This document shows, in pieces, positions 48,049 to 57,848 of a DNA stretch of 64,000 bases. Under the pieces are notes generated by a model that was not told the DNA's origin, made no database searches, and saw only the letters and a program-made list of their open reading frames with translations. Source of the stretch: an uncultured delta proteobacterium (GTDB lineage: Bacteria; Myxococcota_A; Polyangia; Fen-1088); NCBI GenBank assembly GCA_963737265.1, contig CAVTRY010000011.1:288001-352000 (forward strand), in the 5' to 3' direction. Each line of letters opens with the position of its first letter. Position 1 is the first letter of the stretch. A program made the translations under genes and the position numbers.

Positions 48049-49050
48049 ATGCTCCTACAGGCGAGGGACGAAGACTTCCGGACGCAACTCGAGCCTCATC
48101 GGAGGGCGATTACGCTGCACTGCTACCGGATGCTCGGCTCGCTCCAGGAGGCCGAAGACGTCGCTCAGGAAAGCCTGCTTCGCGCCTGGCAGCGGCTCGA
48201 TGAACGGAGGTCGAGCGTCTCGACCCGCGCCTGGCTCTACCAGATCGCCACCAACGCCTGCCTCGACCTCTTGAAGACCCGCCGGCGGCGTGCGCTTCCC
48301 CATTTGCTCGCCCTGCCGGCGGCCCCGGGTGCGGCTTTCGGCCCGCCATTGCACGAGGAGGTTTGGATCGAGCCGGCGCCCGATTCCCTCTTCGACGTGG
48401 CCGATGTTGTGGAGCCCGGACCCGAACGGCGCGCGGCGCTGCGCGAGAGCGTCGGCTTGGCTTTCATTGCCGCGTTGCAATTCCTGTCGCCCAAGCAACG
48501 GGCGGCGCTCCTGCTCGTGGACGTCCTCGGCTGGAGCCCCGAAGGGACGGCGAGCCTGCTCGAGGCGAGCGTCGCTTCCGTCAACTCGCTCCTACAGCGG
48601 GCGCGCAAGAATGTCGAATCACGGAGCGAGGAGAGCAGGCCCGATTCTGGAGCAAACGACGAGGAGCTCCTGCGGCGCTATATCACCACTTGGGAAAGCG
48701 GGGATCTCCACGCCTTCACCACTTTGCTCGCCGAAGATGCCCGACTGTCGATGCCGCCCCAGCCGGAGTGGTACGCCGGGCGCGAAGCCATCCACCGCTT
48801 CCTCGCGCACATCATGGCCACCCAGCCCCATCGCTACCGGCTGGTTCCGGTGGCGGCGAATGGTCAGGCTGCGGTGGCGGTGTACACGGCGCCGCTTGCA
48901 GCAGGGGACTTCCGCGGGGAGGCAATCAACCTCGTGTCGATGCGTTGCGGTCAGGTCACGCAGATGACCCGATTCGCGGCACCGCGGCTCTTCCCGTCGT
49001 TCGGCCTTCCCGGGCGCCTCCCAAGGCATGCCTCAGAGAGTGTCCTATAG
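48049..49050 (+). CDS. ECF sigma factor with C-terminal SnoaL-like domain (SigG-like)
   Basis: HCYRMLGS..EAED..QE, WLYQIATNACLD, VNS.LQRAR, LLAEDA..SMPP and ANGQ.A. Confidence 0.9.
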   Translation: MLLQARDEDFRTQLEPHRRAITLHCYRMLGSLQEAEDVAQESLLRAWQRLDERRSSVSTRAWLYQIATNACLDLLKTRRRRALPHLLALPAAPGAAFGPPLHEEVWIEPAPDSLFDVADVVEPGPERRAALRESVGLAFIAALQFLSPKQRAALLLVDVLGWSPEGTASLLEASVASVNSLLQRARKNVESRSEESRPDSGANDEELLRRYITTWESGDLHAFTTLLAEDARLSMPPQPEWYAGREAIHRFLAHIMATQPHRYRLVPVAANGQAAVAVYTAPLAAGDFRGEAINLVSMRCGQVTQMTRFAAPRLFPSFGLPGRLPRHASESVL

Positions 49051-49144
49051 GCCAAGCGGCGAGTTTATTGTGGCATGGACTGCCAAAATGGTGGTCAATC
49101 AGCCCGCGTGCTGGACGTCAACTACATTCACCCGGTGACGTCAA

Positions 49145-49993
49145 TTACATCGCCCCATTGTTGTCGGGGGTAGTTGTCGTTGGTTGATCGGTAGTTGTCG
49201 TAGTTGTCGCTGGGGTGGTGACGCCTCTCTTTCGTGCTTCTTCGCTGCGGTAGCTGGGGCCGGTCATCTCAAGGATGACCGCGTGGTGGACCAGTCGGTC
49301 GATGGCGGCGGCGGTGGTCATGGGATCCTTGAAAATGCGGATCCAATCGCTGAAGACCAGGTTGCTGGTGATGAGGACGCTCTTGCGTTCGTACCGCTCG
49401 GCCAGGAAGGTGAAAAGGACCTCCATTTCATCGCGGCTCTGCTGGACGTAGCCGATGTCGTCGAGGATCACGGCGTGATAGATGTCGAGCGCGGCCAGTT
49501 CTCGTTCCAGGCGAAGGTCGCGCTTGGCGGCCAGCAGCCTCTGGACAAGCGCGAAGGTCGGCGTGAAGAGGACCCGGTAGCCGCGCCGGATGAGTTCGTG
49601 GCCGATGGCAGCCACAACGTGACTTTTGCCTCGGCCGGGCAGTCCGAAGACGAGCAGGTTCTCCCCACGTTCGACAAAGCCACCCTCACACAGGCTCGCC
49701 ATCTGCTTCATCACCTTGGGTGACAGCCGACCACGTTCCAGGGTGGCCAGGGTTTTCTCCGTGGGAAGGTCCGAATCGCGAAGCGCGCGATCGATGCGAC
49801 GGGTTCGGCGCTCTTCGATTTCCAGTTCGGCCAGGTGCTGGAGGTATTGGCTGAAGGTCCACCCCTCGCGGCTGGCCTTGATCGCGATCTCCTCGGCGTG
49901 CCGGGTGAAGGCAGGCAGCTTGAGCGCGCGCAGAAGCACCAGCAGAGCGTCGAGCGCGCTCGGCTTGACCGTGTCTACGGAGACGTTGGTCAT
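49145..49993 (-). CDS. istB: IS21 helper ATPase
   Basis: GLPGRGKSH, ILDDIGY, ERYER.S..ITSN and AAIDRLVHH; ATGA overlap with istA. Confidence 0.95.
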   Translation of the reverse strand: MTNVSVDTVKPSALDALLVLLRALKLPAFTRHAEEIAIKASREGWTFSQYLQHLAELEIEERRTRRIDRALRDSDLPTEKTLATLERGRLSPKVMKQMASLCEGGFVERGENLLVFGLPGRGKSHVVAAIGHELIRRGYRVLFTPTFALVQRLLAAKRDLRLERELAALDIYHAVILDDIGYVQQSRDEMEVLFTFLAERYERKSVLITSNLVFSDWIRIFKDPMTTAAAIDRLVHHAVILEMTGPSYRSEEARKRGVTTPATTTTTTDQPTTTTPDNNGAM

Positions 49994-51489
49994 GATGCCA
50001 CCTGTTCGAGGAGCAGGTCGTAGGACGCGAGATCGACCAGCGGTGCTTCGAGCGCGGGGACGCTCGGTGGATAGGTACTGTCCGTCGCCTGTGTGCATCT
50101 CTTCTTGGTTGCATCCGCCGTCAAGATGGTCCCATCGGCAAGCAGAGTCGTGAGCGCTTGCTCAACATCGGCTTCCATCGTGCTGGCGGCCAGGTGAAGA
50201 ATGCGCAGGTATTCAACGTCGCCTTTGATTCCAGGCTTGGTCGCCTGGATCGCGTCGTATGCCCGCCTGAAAGTCACGCTTGGAAACAGCTCTTCTCGGT
50301 AGACGTAGCGAGAAAACGCGCCCGGCTTGCGCACCAAAGACCAGATGACGTGCCGGTAGTCGATGCGCGCGGTCTTGCCTCGCAGCCTGTCGCAGGCCAA
50401 TTCCAAGTTGTCGGCGTAGTACACCTCGATTCGGTGCTCGAACACGCGGACTCTCACCCGTGCGCCGATCAGCCTCGACGGCACCGAGTAGGCGCACGAC
50501 TTGACCCGGATGGTGCTCGTCGACGCCACAGGTGCCGTCATTTCTGCGTACTCCGGCAAACGCTCCACCACCAGCGGCCGCATGGCTTCGATCTCCTCGG
50601 CGACGCGCGGGCCTCGCGAAGCGTTGGCTTTGCGGACCACCTTGGCTACGAAGCGTTCGTAGTCGTCTTGGTCCGCGAAGTCGCGGCTGCCACGCACCAG
50701 CAACGCTTGTTCAAGCCGACGCTTGAGCGCGCCGTTGCTGGCCTCCACATCGCCGTTTTGTTCCTTGGCCCCGACGGCTGTAGTTCGTGCCTCCATTCCG
50801 AGGTGCCGCATGACCGCCTTGTATTCATCGTTGAAAGTGCGATCTTCCGCATCGCGAGCGATCTGATGTGTCGCCGCCGTCGAGTGGTCGGTTTGGTGGT
50901 ATCGCGGCACCCGCCCAAGCTGGAACAGCGCCGACTGGATCCCTCGCCGAAGCGCTGCCAGAGACTCCGACAGACACGCGGTCGCCCATTGCCAGTTCGA
51001 GTACGGCAGCACCGTCACGCACAAAAGGTGCACAAATAGCTGGCCCACGATCGTCACACCAAGCTCCGCCGTCGACGTGAAGTCGGTTTGCGCGGCTTCA
51101 CCGGGCCGATGCGCCTGCGTGAACCAAATCTCACGCGCAGGACCATGCTCGGCCCGCCAGCGACGGATTCGCCGCTGCATTGTCCGAAGATGGCTCTCGT
51201 TGTACCGCCCTGGCTGCTTCGCCTCCAGCAGCTCCAGCACCGTCTGAGCCTCCAGCCCAGGCGTTTCCTCCAGCAACTTGGCCACGGCTGGCCAGTCCTC
51301 GGCGAACGCGTCAGGGCGCGTCCGCCACCACCGCGGCTGCCGTAGCTCCGACGGTAGCTTGCCCGCGGCGATGTATCGCCGCCCTGTCTTCCGGTCCATG
51401 CCCGCCTTCATGGCGGCCTGGCCTACTTTTCCAATCTTGCTCATCTCTTCCATCAAACGCCTCACTTGGGCGTCGGTGACCGGCTTCAA
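49990..51489 (-). CDS. istA: IS21 DDE transposase
   Basis: N-terminal HTH; QTDFT, TDH, NGDVEAS and YSVPSRLIG. Confidence 0.95.
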   Translation of the reverse strand: MKPVTDAQVRRLMEEMSKIGKVGQAAMKAGMDRKTGRRYIAAGKLPSELRQPRWWRTRPDAFAEDWPAVAKLLEETPGLEAQTVLELLEAKQPGRYNESHLRTMQRRIRRWRAEHGPAREIWFTQAHRPGEAAQTDFTSTAELGVTIVGQLFVHLLCVTVLPYSNWQWATACLSESLAALRRGIQSALFQLGRVPRYHQTDHSTAATHQIARDAEDRTFNDEYKAVMRHLGMEARTTAVGAKEQNGDVEASNGALKRRLEQALLVRGSRDFADQDDYERFVAKVVRKANASRGPRVAEEIEAMRPLVVERLPEYAEMTAPVASTSTIRVKSCAYSVPSRLIGARVRVRVFEHRIEVYYADNLELACDRLRGKTARIDYRHVIWSLVRKPGAFSRYVYREELFPSVTFRRAYDAIQATKPGIKGDVEYLRILHLAASTMEADVEQALTTLLADGTILTADATKKRCTQATDSTYPPSVPALEAPLVDLASYDLLLEQVAS

Positions 51490-51820
51490 AGGTGCCTCCT
51501 GCCCGCTTGCGGGCTTGGAGGTCTACCTCACGGTCACCGTCGCGCCTCAAAGCGGGGCGACGTAGCTGTCGTCTTTGGGGAGATGTAATTGTCGCTCAGC
51601 AGCCCGCGTGGCCCCGTGCTGCGGCCCCGATCGTAACGGTGCCGGGACGAGCACGCGTTCGACCAGATCAGCAAGATACGACGGCAACCCCGGGATCGCC
51701 TGGGGAGTTTCTATGACGGGGTGTGGCTCTGCCGCGAAAGGTGCCTCGCCCGCAAGAAAACGGCGGGCATACTTGCTCCTGGCAATCGATGACCGGCTAC
51801 TCAACCTAGGAGACCCGCTC

Positions 51821-52105
51821 ATGAAGAAGTCAGATCCGTCCTGTCCCCACCTCGAAGCGATCAATCCGCACACGCGTCCGAAGTCTCACGGCTGTGCCGA
51901 ATGCCTGGCGATGGGGGACTCGTGGGTGCACCTGCGCCTGTGCATGCAGTGCGGGAACGTGGGCTGCTGCGACGACTCGAAGAACCGCCACGCCACGAAG
52001 CACTTCCACGCCACCCACCACCCCATCATGCGCTCCCTGGAACCCGGCGAGACCTGGGGCTGGTGCTTCGTCGACAACCTCGGCTTCGACCCCTTGATCG
52101 AATAG
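51821..52105 (+). CDS. UBP-type zinc finger protein
   Basis: AGGAG RBS; CPH...GCAECL...WVHLRLC..CG.VGCCD.S..HA..H...HP...WGWCFVD. Confidence 0.9.
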   Translation: MKKSDPSCPHLEAINPHTRPKSHGCAECLAMGDSWVHLRLCMQCGNVGCCDDSKNRHATKHFHATHHPIMRSLEPGETWGWCFVDNLGFDPLIE

Positions 52106-52139
52106 CCTCGTAAATGAGGCCACGGCGAAGCTCGCGCGA

Positions 52140-53801
52140 TCACAGGTCCGTCAGGGCCCGGAACACCATCTGAATCGAGATCGACCCCTCGCCGACGGCC
52201 GAGGCGACGCGCTTGACATTCCCCGAGCGCGCGTCGCCCACCGCGAACACCCCCGGGATCGTCGTCTCGAGGAGATAGGGGGCGCGCGCAAGCGGCCAGT
52301 GACCGTCGGTCAGATCGTCCGCGTTCAAATCGACCCCGGTTTTGATGAAGCCATGATCGTCGAGGCGCACGCAGCCCTTCAGCCAATCGGTGTGCGGGTC
52401 GGCGCCGGTCATCATGAAGACGTGCCGGACGGGCAGCGTGTCCGTCTTCCCGCTGGTGAGCTCGCGGCAGCGGACCCTGTCCAGCCATTCCGTCCCTTCC
52501 AGCGCATCGATCTGGGTGCGCGCCCTCAGCATCACGTTCGGGCTGTCGGCGATGCGCTGGATGAGGTAGCGCGACATGCTGCTCGCCAGGCCCTCGCCCC
52601 GCACCAGGATCTGCACGCGCGAGGCGATTTGCGACAGAAATACGGCGGCCTGCCCGGCGGAGTTTCCTCCTCCCACGACAGCCACCTCTTCCCTCTCGCA
52701 CATCTGCGCCTCCAGATGCGTGGCGCTGTAAAACACGCCGTTGCCCTCGAAGCGGGGCAATTCCGGTAGGTCCGGCTTGCGGTAGTGGGCTCCGGTTGCG
52801 ATGATCAAGGCGCGCGTCAGCACCACCTCGCCATTCTCAAGGATGACCTTGTAGGGTCGGCTGTCGCAGTCGAGGCGCACCGCACGTCGCGCGATGGCCA
52901 CCTCGGCGCCGAACTTTTCGGCCTGGGTCAAGGCGCGACCGGCCAGCGCTTGTCCAGAGATCCCGGTAGGAAATCCCAGGTAATTCTCGATGCGCGAGCT
53001 GGTGCCAGCCTGCCCGCCCGGGGCCGTCCCTTCCAGCACCAGCACGTCCAGCCCCTCCGAGGCCGCGTACACGGCGGCGGCCAGCCCGGCCGGGCCCGCC
53101 CCCACCACCACCACGTCTCGCACCATTTTCGGGTCGAGATCCAGGCTGAGCCCCAGCTCCGCCGCCAGGGAGTCGACCGACGGATTCTTGAACACGCGAC
53201 CGCCCGCACACACCACCACCGGCACCTCGGCCACGCCGATCTGAAAACGATCCAGCAGCGCCTGTACGCTGGGGTCGGTCTCGACGTCCTGATAGGTGAA
53301 CGGTTGGCCGTTGCGTACGAGGAACTCGCGCAGCTTGAGCGTGCCGGCCGAGTGGCGCGACCCGAGCAGGACCAGTCCTCCGCCACCCTGCGAGATCAGG
53401 GCGACCCGCCGCAGGATGAACGCACGCATCAGGATCTCGCTCAGCTCCGAGTCCCGCTGCACCAGCGCGCGCAGATGCTCCCGATCGACGACAACCACCT
53501 CGCCGTCCTCGACCACGCGGCCCTGCACCAAGCTGCGCCGGCCCGACAGCATGTTGATCTCTCCGGTGAATTGCCCCGGCCCGTGCAAGACGACCCGTTC
53601 GAAGCCTTCGCCGACCGGGCGCAATATCTCGACGGCCCCACTGACGACAACGTAGAACCACGTCTCGCGATCCCCAACCTCGAACAGGATCTCACCCGCT
53701 TTGACGTTTTGTCGCTTCCCGATAGCGCAGACACGGCCGATCTGCGCCTCGCTCAACTCGGGAAACATCTGCTCGCGGCGGCTCTCGTACGGATCAGACA
53801 T
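52140..53801 (-). CDS. cNMP-binding domain fused to thioredoxin-reductase-like FAD oxidoreductase
   Basis: GQFTGE.NML; VVGAGPAG, SSRIENYLGFP, VGGGNSAGQAA, GD.RSG..KRVASAVGEG; no CXXC. Confidence 0.9.
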   Translation of the reverse strand: MSDPYESRREQMFPELSEAQIGRVCAIGKRQNVKAGEILFEVGDRETWFYVVVSGAVEILRPVGEGFERVVLHGPGQFTGEINMLSGRRSLVQGRVVEDGEVVVVDREHLRALVQRDSELSEILMRAFILRRVALISQGGGGLVLLGSRHSAGTLKLREFLVRNGQPFTYQDVETDPSVQALLDRFQIGVAEVPVVVCAGGRVFKNPSVDSLAAELGLSLDLDPKMVRDVVVVGAGPAGLAAAVYAASEGLDVLVLEGTAPGGQAGTSSRIENYLGFPTGISGQALAGRALTQAEKFGAEVAIARRAVRLDCDSRPYKVILENGEVVLTRALIIATGAHYRKPDLPELPRFEGNGVFYSATHLEAQMCEREEVAVVGGGNSAGQAAVFLSQIASRVQILVRGEGLASSMSRYLIQRIADSPNVMLRARTQIDALEGTEWLDRVRCRELTSGKTDTLPVRHVFMMTGADPHTDWLKGCVRLDDHGFIKTGVDLNADDLTDGHWPLARAPYLLETTIPGVFAVGDARSGNVKRVASAVGEGSISIQMVFRALTDL

Positions 53802-53930
53802 TTGACTAGGATGCCGGAAGGAGGTGATTGGGAACTCGGGAACAACCCCCCGGTCGACGGCCAATCGTGCTCTGTCGCCCAGCTCAACCTGACTTACGCA
53901 GCCCTCTGAACATGCAAGGGTTTTTGATTG

Positions 53931-54003
53931 AGCGCGAGACGGGGCTCGGACCCGCGACCCTCGGCTTGGGAAGCCGATGCTCTACCAACTGAGCTACTCG
54001 CGC
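53931..54003 (-). tRNA. tRNA-Gly(CCC), no encoded CCA, T-loop reads TCCGAGC
   Basis: Reverse complement folds as a cloverleaf: GCGCGAG/CTCGCGC acceptor, GCTC/GAGC D-stem, TCGGC-TTCCCAA-GCCGA anticodon arm, GCGGG/CCCGT T-stem; 73 nt. Confidence 0.92.
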
Positions 54004-54400
54004 ATTCTCTTTTTATTTTGGATACTTAGGCTTGCTTCTGCGAAGCGCCATCCTACTGCGTTCTGCCTATTCTCTGCCCAAGTGTACCGGGAGCGTCGCG
54101 AAGAGATAGCACAACCGCTGCCGGTTTGGAAAGATCTACGCTGACCAGATCGCGAGCTTCACGATGCACAGACCCCTCGTGGTCATCAGCAGCTCACCAC
54201 TTGTCCAACCTGACATGGGCGTTGGCGGAATCATCGGCCGGTAACGTCTCAGCGATGGTGGCCACACCGAGAATCGTGACCTTGGCCTTGGGCATGGTGG
54301 ACACGAGGATAGGCACCGGCGGGCGCGCGGTTCAAGTAACTCGCCCAAGTTTTTCCGGTGGGGATGATTGGTCGTCGTCTGAAACGGTCCAGTCGCGGAA

Positions 54401-56503
54401 TCACCCCTCCGAAATCACCGTCAACCTCTCCGCCAGGTACTCATTGAGCAGCCGATCCGGCAAGCACGGCTCGAATTTGCTGAGTGTCCCTCGAGCACAA
54501 AACGCTGCGAACTGGAGCGCATCGGCCTCATTCGGTCGGCCAGCCACGCGTAGTCCGTCCAGCCCTTGCTTGATGGCAACCTCGCTCTTGCCCGCGTCCT
54601 CGCTGAACGAAACGTAGATGTTGTTGTTCGTGATCTTGGCGCCAAGGATGCTTTGAAGGGTCTTGGCGAGTAGGTTATTGCTCTTGCCACCGGCGAATGT
54701 CCACAGGCGGTAACCGCTGGGACTCTGCTCGAGCGTTTCCCCCTCAGTCTGCAGGAAGGCGTGTTGCTCACGCAGCTCCGTCATCTTTTGGCGGGCGCGC
54801 TTGGACCAGTGCTCGGGCTCATCGGTGCTGGTCAAGATGGCGAGCATGGACTGGCACAGGTCACGACCAAGGAGAACGGGTTGGCCTTGCCAGCGGGGCA
54901 GGCCGGCGTGCTCGATGGGCACGACGTGAATGATGGCCTTGGGCCAATCGACGTGGGTGGCACGCCACATCCGCGCGGCGAGGGTGAAGGTGAGGTGCTC
55001 GAGGTCTTCTGCGTGCGCGAAATAGGCGTCGATCTGGCCGACGGCTTCTGGGCCGTGCATCACTGTCAGCATGGTCGGGGTCGAGAAGACGGCGTAGAGG
55101 TCAGCGAAGTGTTTTGCCCCGTAGAGGCGACGGCCACGCTCGCCCAGGCTGTAGCGACCGTCGGCGAGAAGAATGATGTCTTCGGCGAGCATGTGCCGAA
55201 CCATCTCGTCGCGATCTGCGGGGCTGATGCCGGAGAACGGCGTGGCGGGCGAAACCCAGGCCCACCAGTCGCTGGCGGGGATGCCGGCTTCTTGCTGACT
55301 CAAGGCCATGATCTGGTGGGCCAGGAGGTGGGTGGCCTTGGTCTTGAGTGGAATGCTCTCGATGTAGCGTTGCTCGTGCAGGCGAATGAGGGCGGCGGCC
55401 TGCACCAGCATCTCGTCTTTGGTGGCCAGGAAGGTGCAGTTGGGGAAGGTTTCGGCGCGGCGGCCGGTTCGACCCATCCTTTGCAGGAACGAGGCGACCG
55501 TGGCTGGGGCGTCGATTTGGATGACCCGGTCCAGGTCGCCGATGTCGATGCCCAGTTCGAGCGCGCTGGTCGCGACGATCACGCAGTTCTGGCCTTGCTC
55601 GAAGGCTTGCTCGGCCATGGCTCGTTGCTCGCGCGACAGCGACGAATGCGTGACGAAGGCGTCGATGCCCTTGGCGCGAAGTTCTTTTCCCAGGGCCTCG
55701 ACGCGCCTGCGGGAATCGACGAACACGAGGCGCTTCTCCCCCGGATGGAGGCTAGCGATGACCGTGGCCGCGTTCTCCAGGCTCCCAACGTAGTCGAGCG
55801 AGAGAGTAGCGGGCTTCGAGGCGCCAACTGGGGGCAGGACACGTCCGGGGCGCTTCGAGCTGCCGCGCAACCATTTGGAAATGTCTTCGGGGTTGCCTAC
55901 GGTGGCCGAGAGTCCGATGCGCTGGACGTCCTGGCCGCAGAAGCGCGAAAGACGTTCGAGCACCGATGAAAGGTGTCCCCCGCGATCGTCGCCAACGAAG
56001 GCATGGATCTCGTCCACGACCACAGCGCGAAGGCCGTGAAAAAGGCGGCGCGCTGGAACGTGGGCGCTCATCAGCATGACTTCCAGGGATTCCGGCGTGG
56101 TCAGCAGAATGTCGGTTGGGTCGGCGAGAAAGCGTTTGCGGGCCGAAGGGCCAACGTTGCCGTGCCACTTGAAAGCACGACGGCCAATCATCCCGGCGTA
56201 GCGCTGCAACCGCTCTTCCTGGTTGTTGAGCAGGGCCACGATCGGCGCGACGTAGATGACCGAAACGGGCTTCCAGTCCTCGCGGTCCATCTGCGAGAGC
56301 AGGGGAAAGAACGCGGCCTCGGTTTTTCCGCCTGCGGTTGGTGCCAGGATCACGCAGTTGTCGCCGTCCACGATGGGGCCGATTGCGTTGAGCTGGACGG
56401 GGCGGAGCGCGGGCCAGCGCAGTCCATTCACGATCTGGTACTGGATGGCCGGGCTCAGCCGTTCCCAAGGCTCAACTGCGTCCGTTTCCCCCTCGGCGCT
56501 CAC
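54401..56503 (-). CDS. brxHI: Lhr-like SF2 helicase of type 2 BREX
   Basis: APTAGGKT, TTPES, DEIH, LSAT, ALELGID and QRMGRTGRR; overlaps the brxD stop. Confidence 0.85.
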   Translation of the reverse strand: MSAEGETDAVEPWERLSPAIQYQIVNGLRWPALRPVQLNAIGPIVDGDNCVILAPTAGGKTEAAFFPLLSQMDREDWKPVSVIYVAPIVALLNNQEERLQRYAGMIGRRAFKWHGNVGPSARKRFLADPTDILLTTPESLEVMLMSAHVPARRLFHGLRAVVVDEIHAFVGDDRGGHLSSVLERLSRFCGQDVQRIGLSATVGNPEDISKWLRGSSKRPGRVLPPVGASKPATLSLDYVGSLENAATVIASLHPGEKRLVFVDSRRRVEALGKELRAKGIDAFVTHSSLSREQRAMAEQAFEQGQNCVIVATSALELGIDIGDLDRVIQIDAPATVASFLQRMGRTGRRAETFPNCTFLATKDEMLVQAAALIRLHEQRYIESIPLKTKATHLLAHQIMALSQQEAGIPASDWWAWVSPATPFSGISPADRDEMVRHMLAEDIILLADGRYSLGERGRRLYGAKHFADLYAVFSTPTMLTVMHGPEAVGQIDAYFAHAEDLEHLTFTLAARMWRATHVDWPKAIIHVVPIEHAGLPRWQGQPVLLGRDLCQSMLAILTSTDEPEHWSKRARQKMTELREQHAFLQTEGETLEQSPSGYRLWTFAGGKSNNLLAKTLQSILGAKITNNNIYVSFSEDAGKSEVAIKQGLDGLRVAGRPNEADALQFAAFCARGTLSKFEPCLPDRLLNEYLAERLTVISEG

Positions 56504-57846
56504 GTCTTTGGTTCCTCGCCTTCTTTCTTCAGCTCGATCTCGATGTCGTCCACCGTGCGCTCGATTCCGGCGGCTTGGCGTTCGTCCGCGTTCAGTTCGG
56601 CGGGCTGCAGGTCCAGCTTGTAGTGTTTGACCGGGTCGAACTCGGGGTGTTCGTCCACCTGATCCATCACCTGGACCAGCTTGCGCAAGAAGATGCGTGG
56701 GGCGACTCCGATCTTGCCGCCCAGTTTGCCGGCGACCTGTTTGGCCAGCGCACGGACGAAATCGTCGCTGATCTGCGTAGTCAGACGCTGGGGATCGTCG
56801 GCATCGTAGATGTCGCGGACGCGCTTACCGGCCTCGACCAAGCGCTCTTCATCGAAGGGCAGCAACCGAATCTGAACTGCGCGGGCGCTGTCGAACTTTG
56901 GGTCTGCGGCGAAGTCGACGTGCAGGCGCTGTTCGAGCGCCGGGGCTTTTCTCACACCCGACGGCCCTTCGTAGAAGGCGGGCGTGCCGGTGATCATCAG
57001 ATACAGACCTGGGTATCGGCCCTTGTCGATTTCGTCGATGAGCTGCCTGAGGGCGTTGAGACTCTTCTCCCTTGTGTCGGCACGGACGCGCTGGATGGTC
57101 TCGACCTCGTCCAGAACCAGGAAAAGGCCCTTGCGCCCGGTCTGCTTCAGAACCTCGAGCAAACCGCGCAGGAAGGCGCCAGCGGCGAAATGGTCCAGCT
57201 CGCCCTTGATGCCAGCGCTGCGCTTGATGTCGGCCCCAACGTTGGGCTGCCCCATGAGCCAGCCAAGTAGGCCCTCGGCTGTGGCAGCATCCTGGGCGAC
57301 TCGTGCCGTGTGGCAGGTGCGCAGGACTGCGGAAAACTGCGGGTTGATGGCGGACACCTCGGTCAGGCGGCCTTCAAGTAGCTCGCCAACAGCGTCGGCT
57401 AGCACTTGGTCGTCGCCCGAGAATCCGGGGCGCGAGCGAACTTCTTCCTCAAGGGAATACAGCCACCTGTCCACCAAAGCTCGGAAAGCACCATCGGCCC
57501 ACTCCTTCGTGGCGAGGCTCTCGACGGCACGCCGGTAGACCTTCTCCATGTGGTGCAGGGGAGTTTCGGTCTCGGAGATCTGGACCTCGGCGGTGGCGAA
57601 TCCCTGCTGCTGCGCCATGTGGCGGACCCAACGGGCGAAGAACGTCTTGCCGGTGCCGTAGTCGCCGCGAACGGCCTTGAAGCCACCGCCGCCCATCGCG
57701 ACGTCGGCAAGCTCGCGCTCCAGCGTCTTGGCGAATCGATCGAGTCCGACGGCGTAGTGTTCGAGCCCCCGGCTTGGCACGGTGCCGTGGCGAAGGGCCG
57801 CCATGAGTTCTCTGCGCCGCGGTTTGGGGATGCGATTTGGGTCCAC
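56500..57846 (-). CDS. brxD: BREX ATP-binding protein
   Basis: ALRHGTVP..GL...AVG, RGDYGTGKTFF, QISETETPL, VLDEVET, ITGTPAFY and APRIFLRK; GTG start at 57846. Confidence 0.9.
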   Translation of the reverse strand: MDPNRIPKPRRRELMAALRHGTVPSRGLEHYAVGLDRFAKTLERELADVAMGGGGFKAVRGDYGTGKTFFARWVRHMAQQQGFATAEVQISETETPLHHMEKVYRRAVESLATKEWADGAFRALVDRWLYSLEEEVRSRPGFSGDDQVLADAVGELLEGRLTEVSAINPQFSAVLRTCHTARVAQDAATAEGLLGWLMGQPNVGADIKRSAGIKGELDHFAAGAFLRGLLEVLKQTGRKGLFLVLDEVETIQRVRADTREKSLNALRQLIDEIDKGRYPGLYLMITGTPAFYEGPSGVRKAPALEQRLHVDFAADPKFDSARAVQIRLLPFDEERLVEAGKRVRDIYDADDPQRLTTQISDDFVRALAKQVAGKLGGKIGVAPRIFLRKLVQVMDQVDEHPEFDPVKHYKLDLQPAELNADERQAAGIERTVDDIEIELKKEGEEPKT

Positions 57847-57848
57847 CG

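Larger units (their letters stand above)
49109..51601 (-). mobile_element. Complete IS21-family insertion sequence (2493 bp)
   Basis: Terminal IRs TGCTGGACGTCAACTACAT / TGCTGAGCGACAATTACAT; 7-bp target duplication GCCCGCG (49102-49108, 51602-51608); internal reiterated end motifs; istA-istB. Confidence 0.93.

Noticed and set aside
54126-54400. Short ORFs between the tRNA and brxHI
   Set aside because: No recognisable motif or clear RBS, so they cannot be supported as genes.
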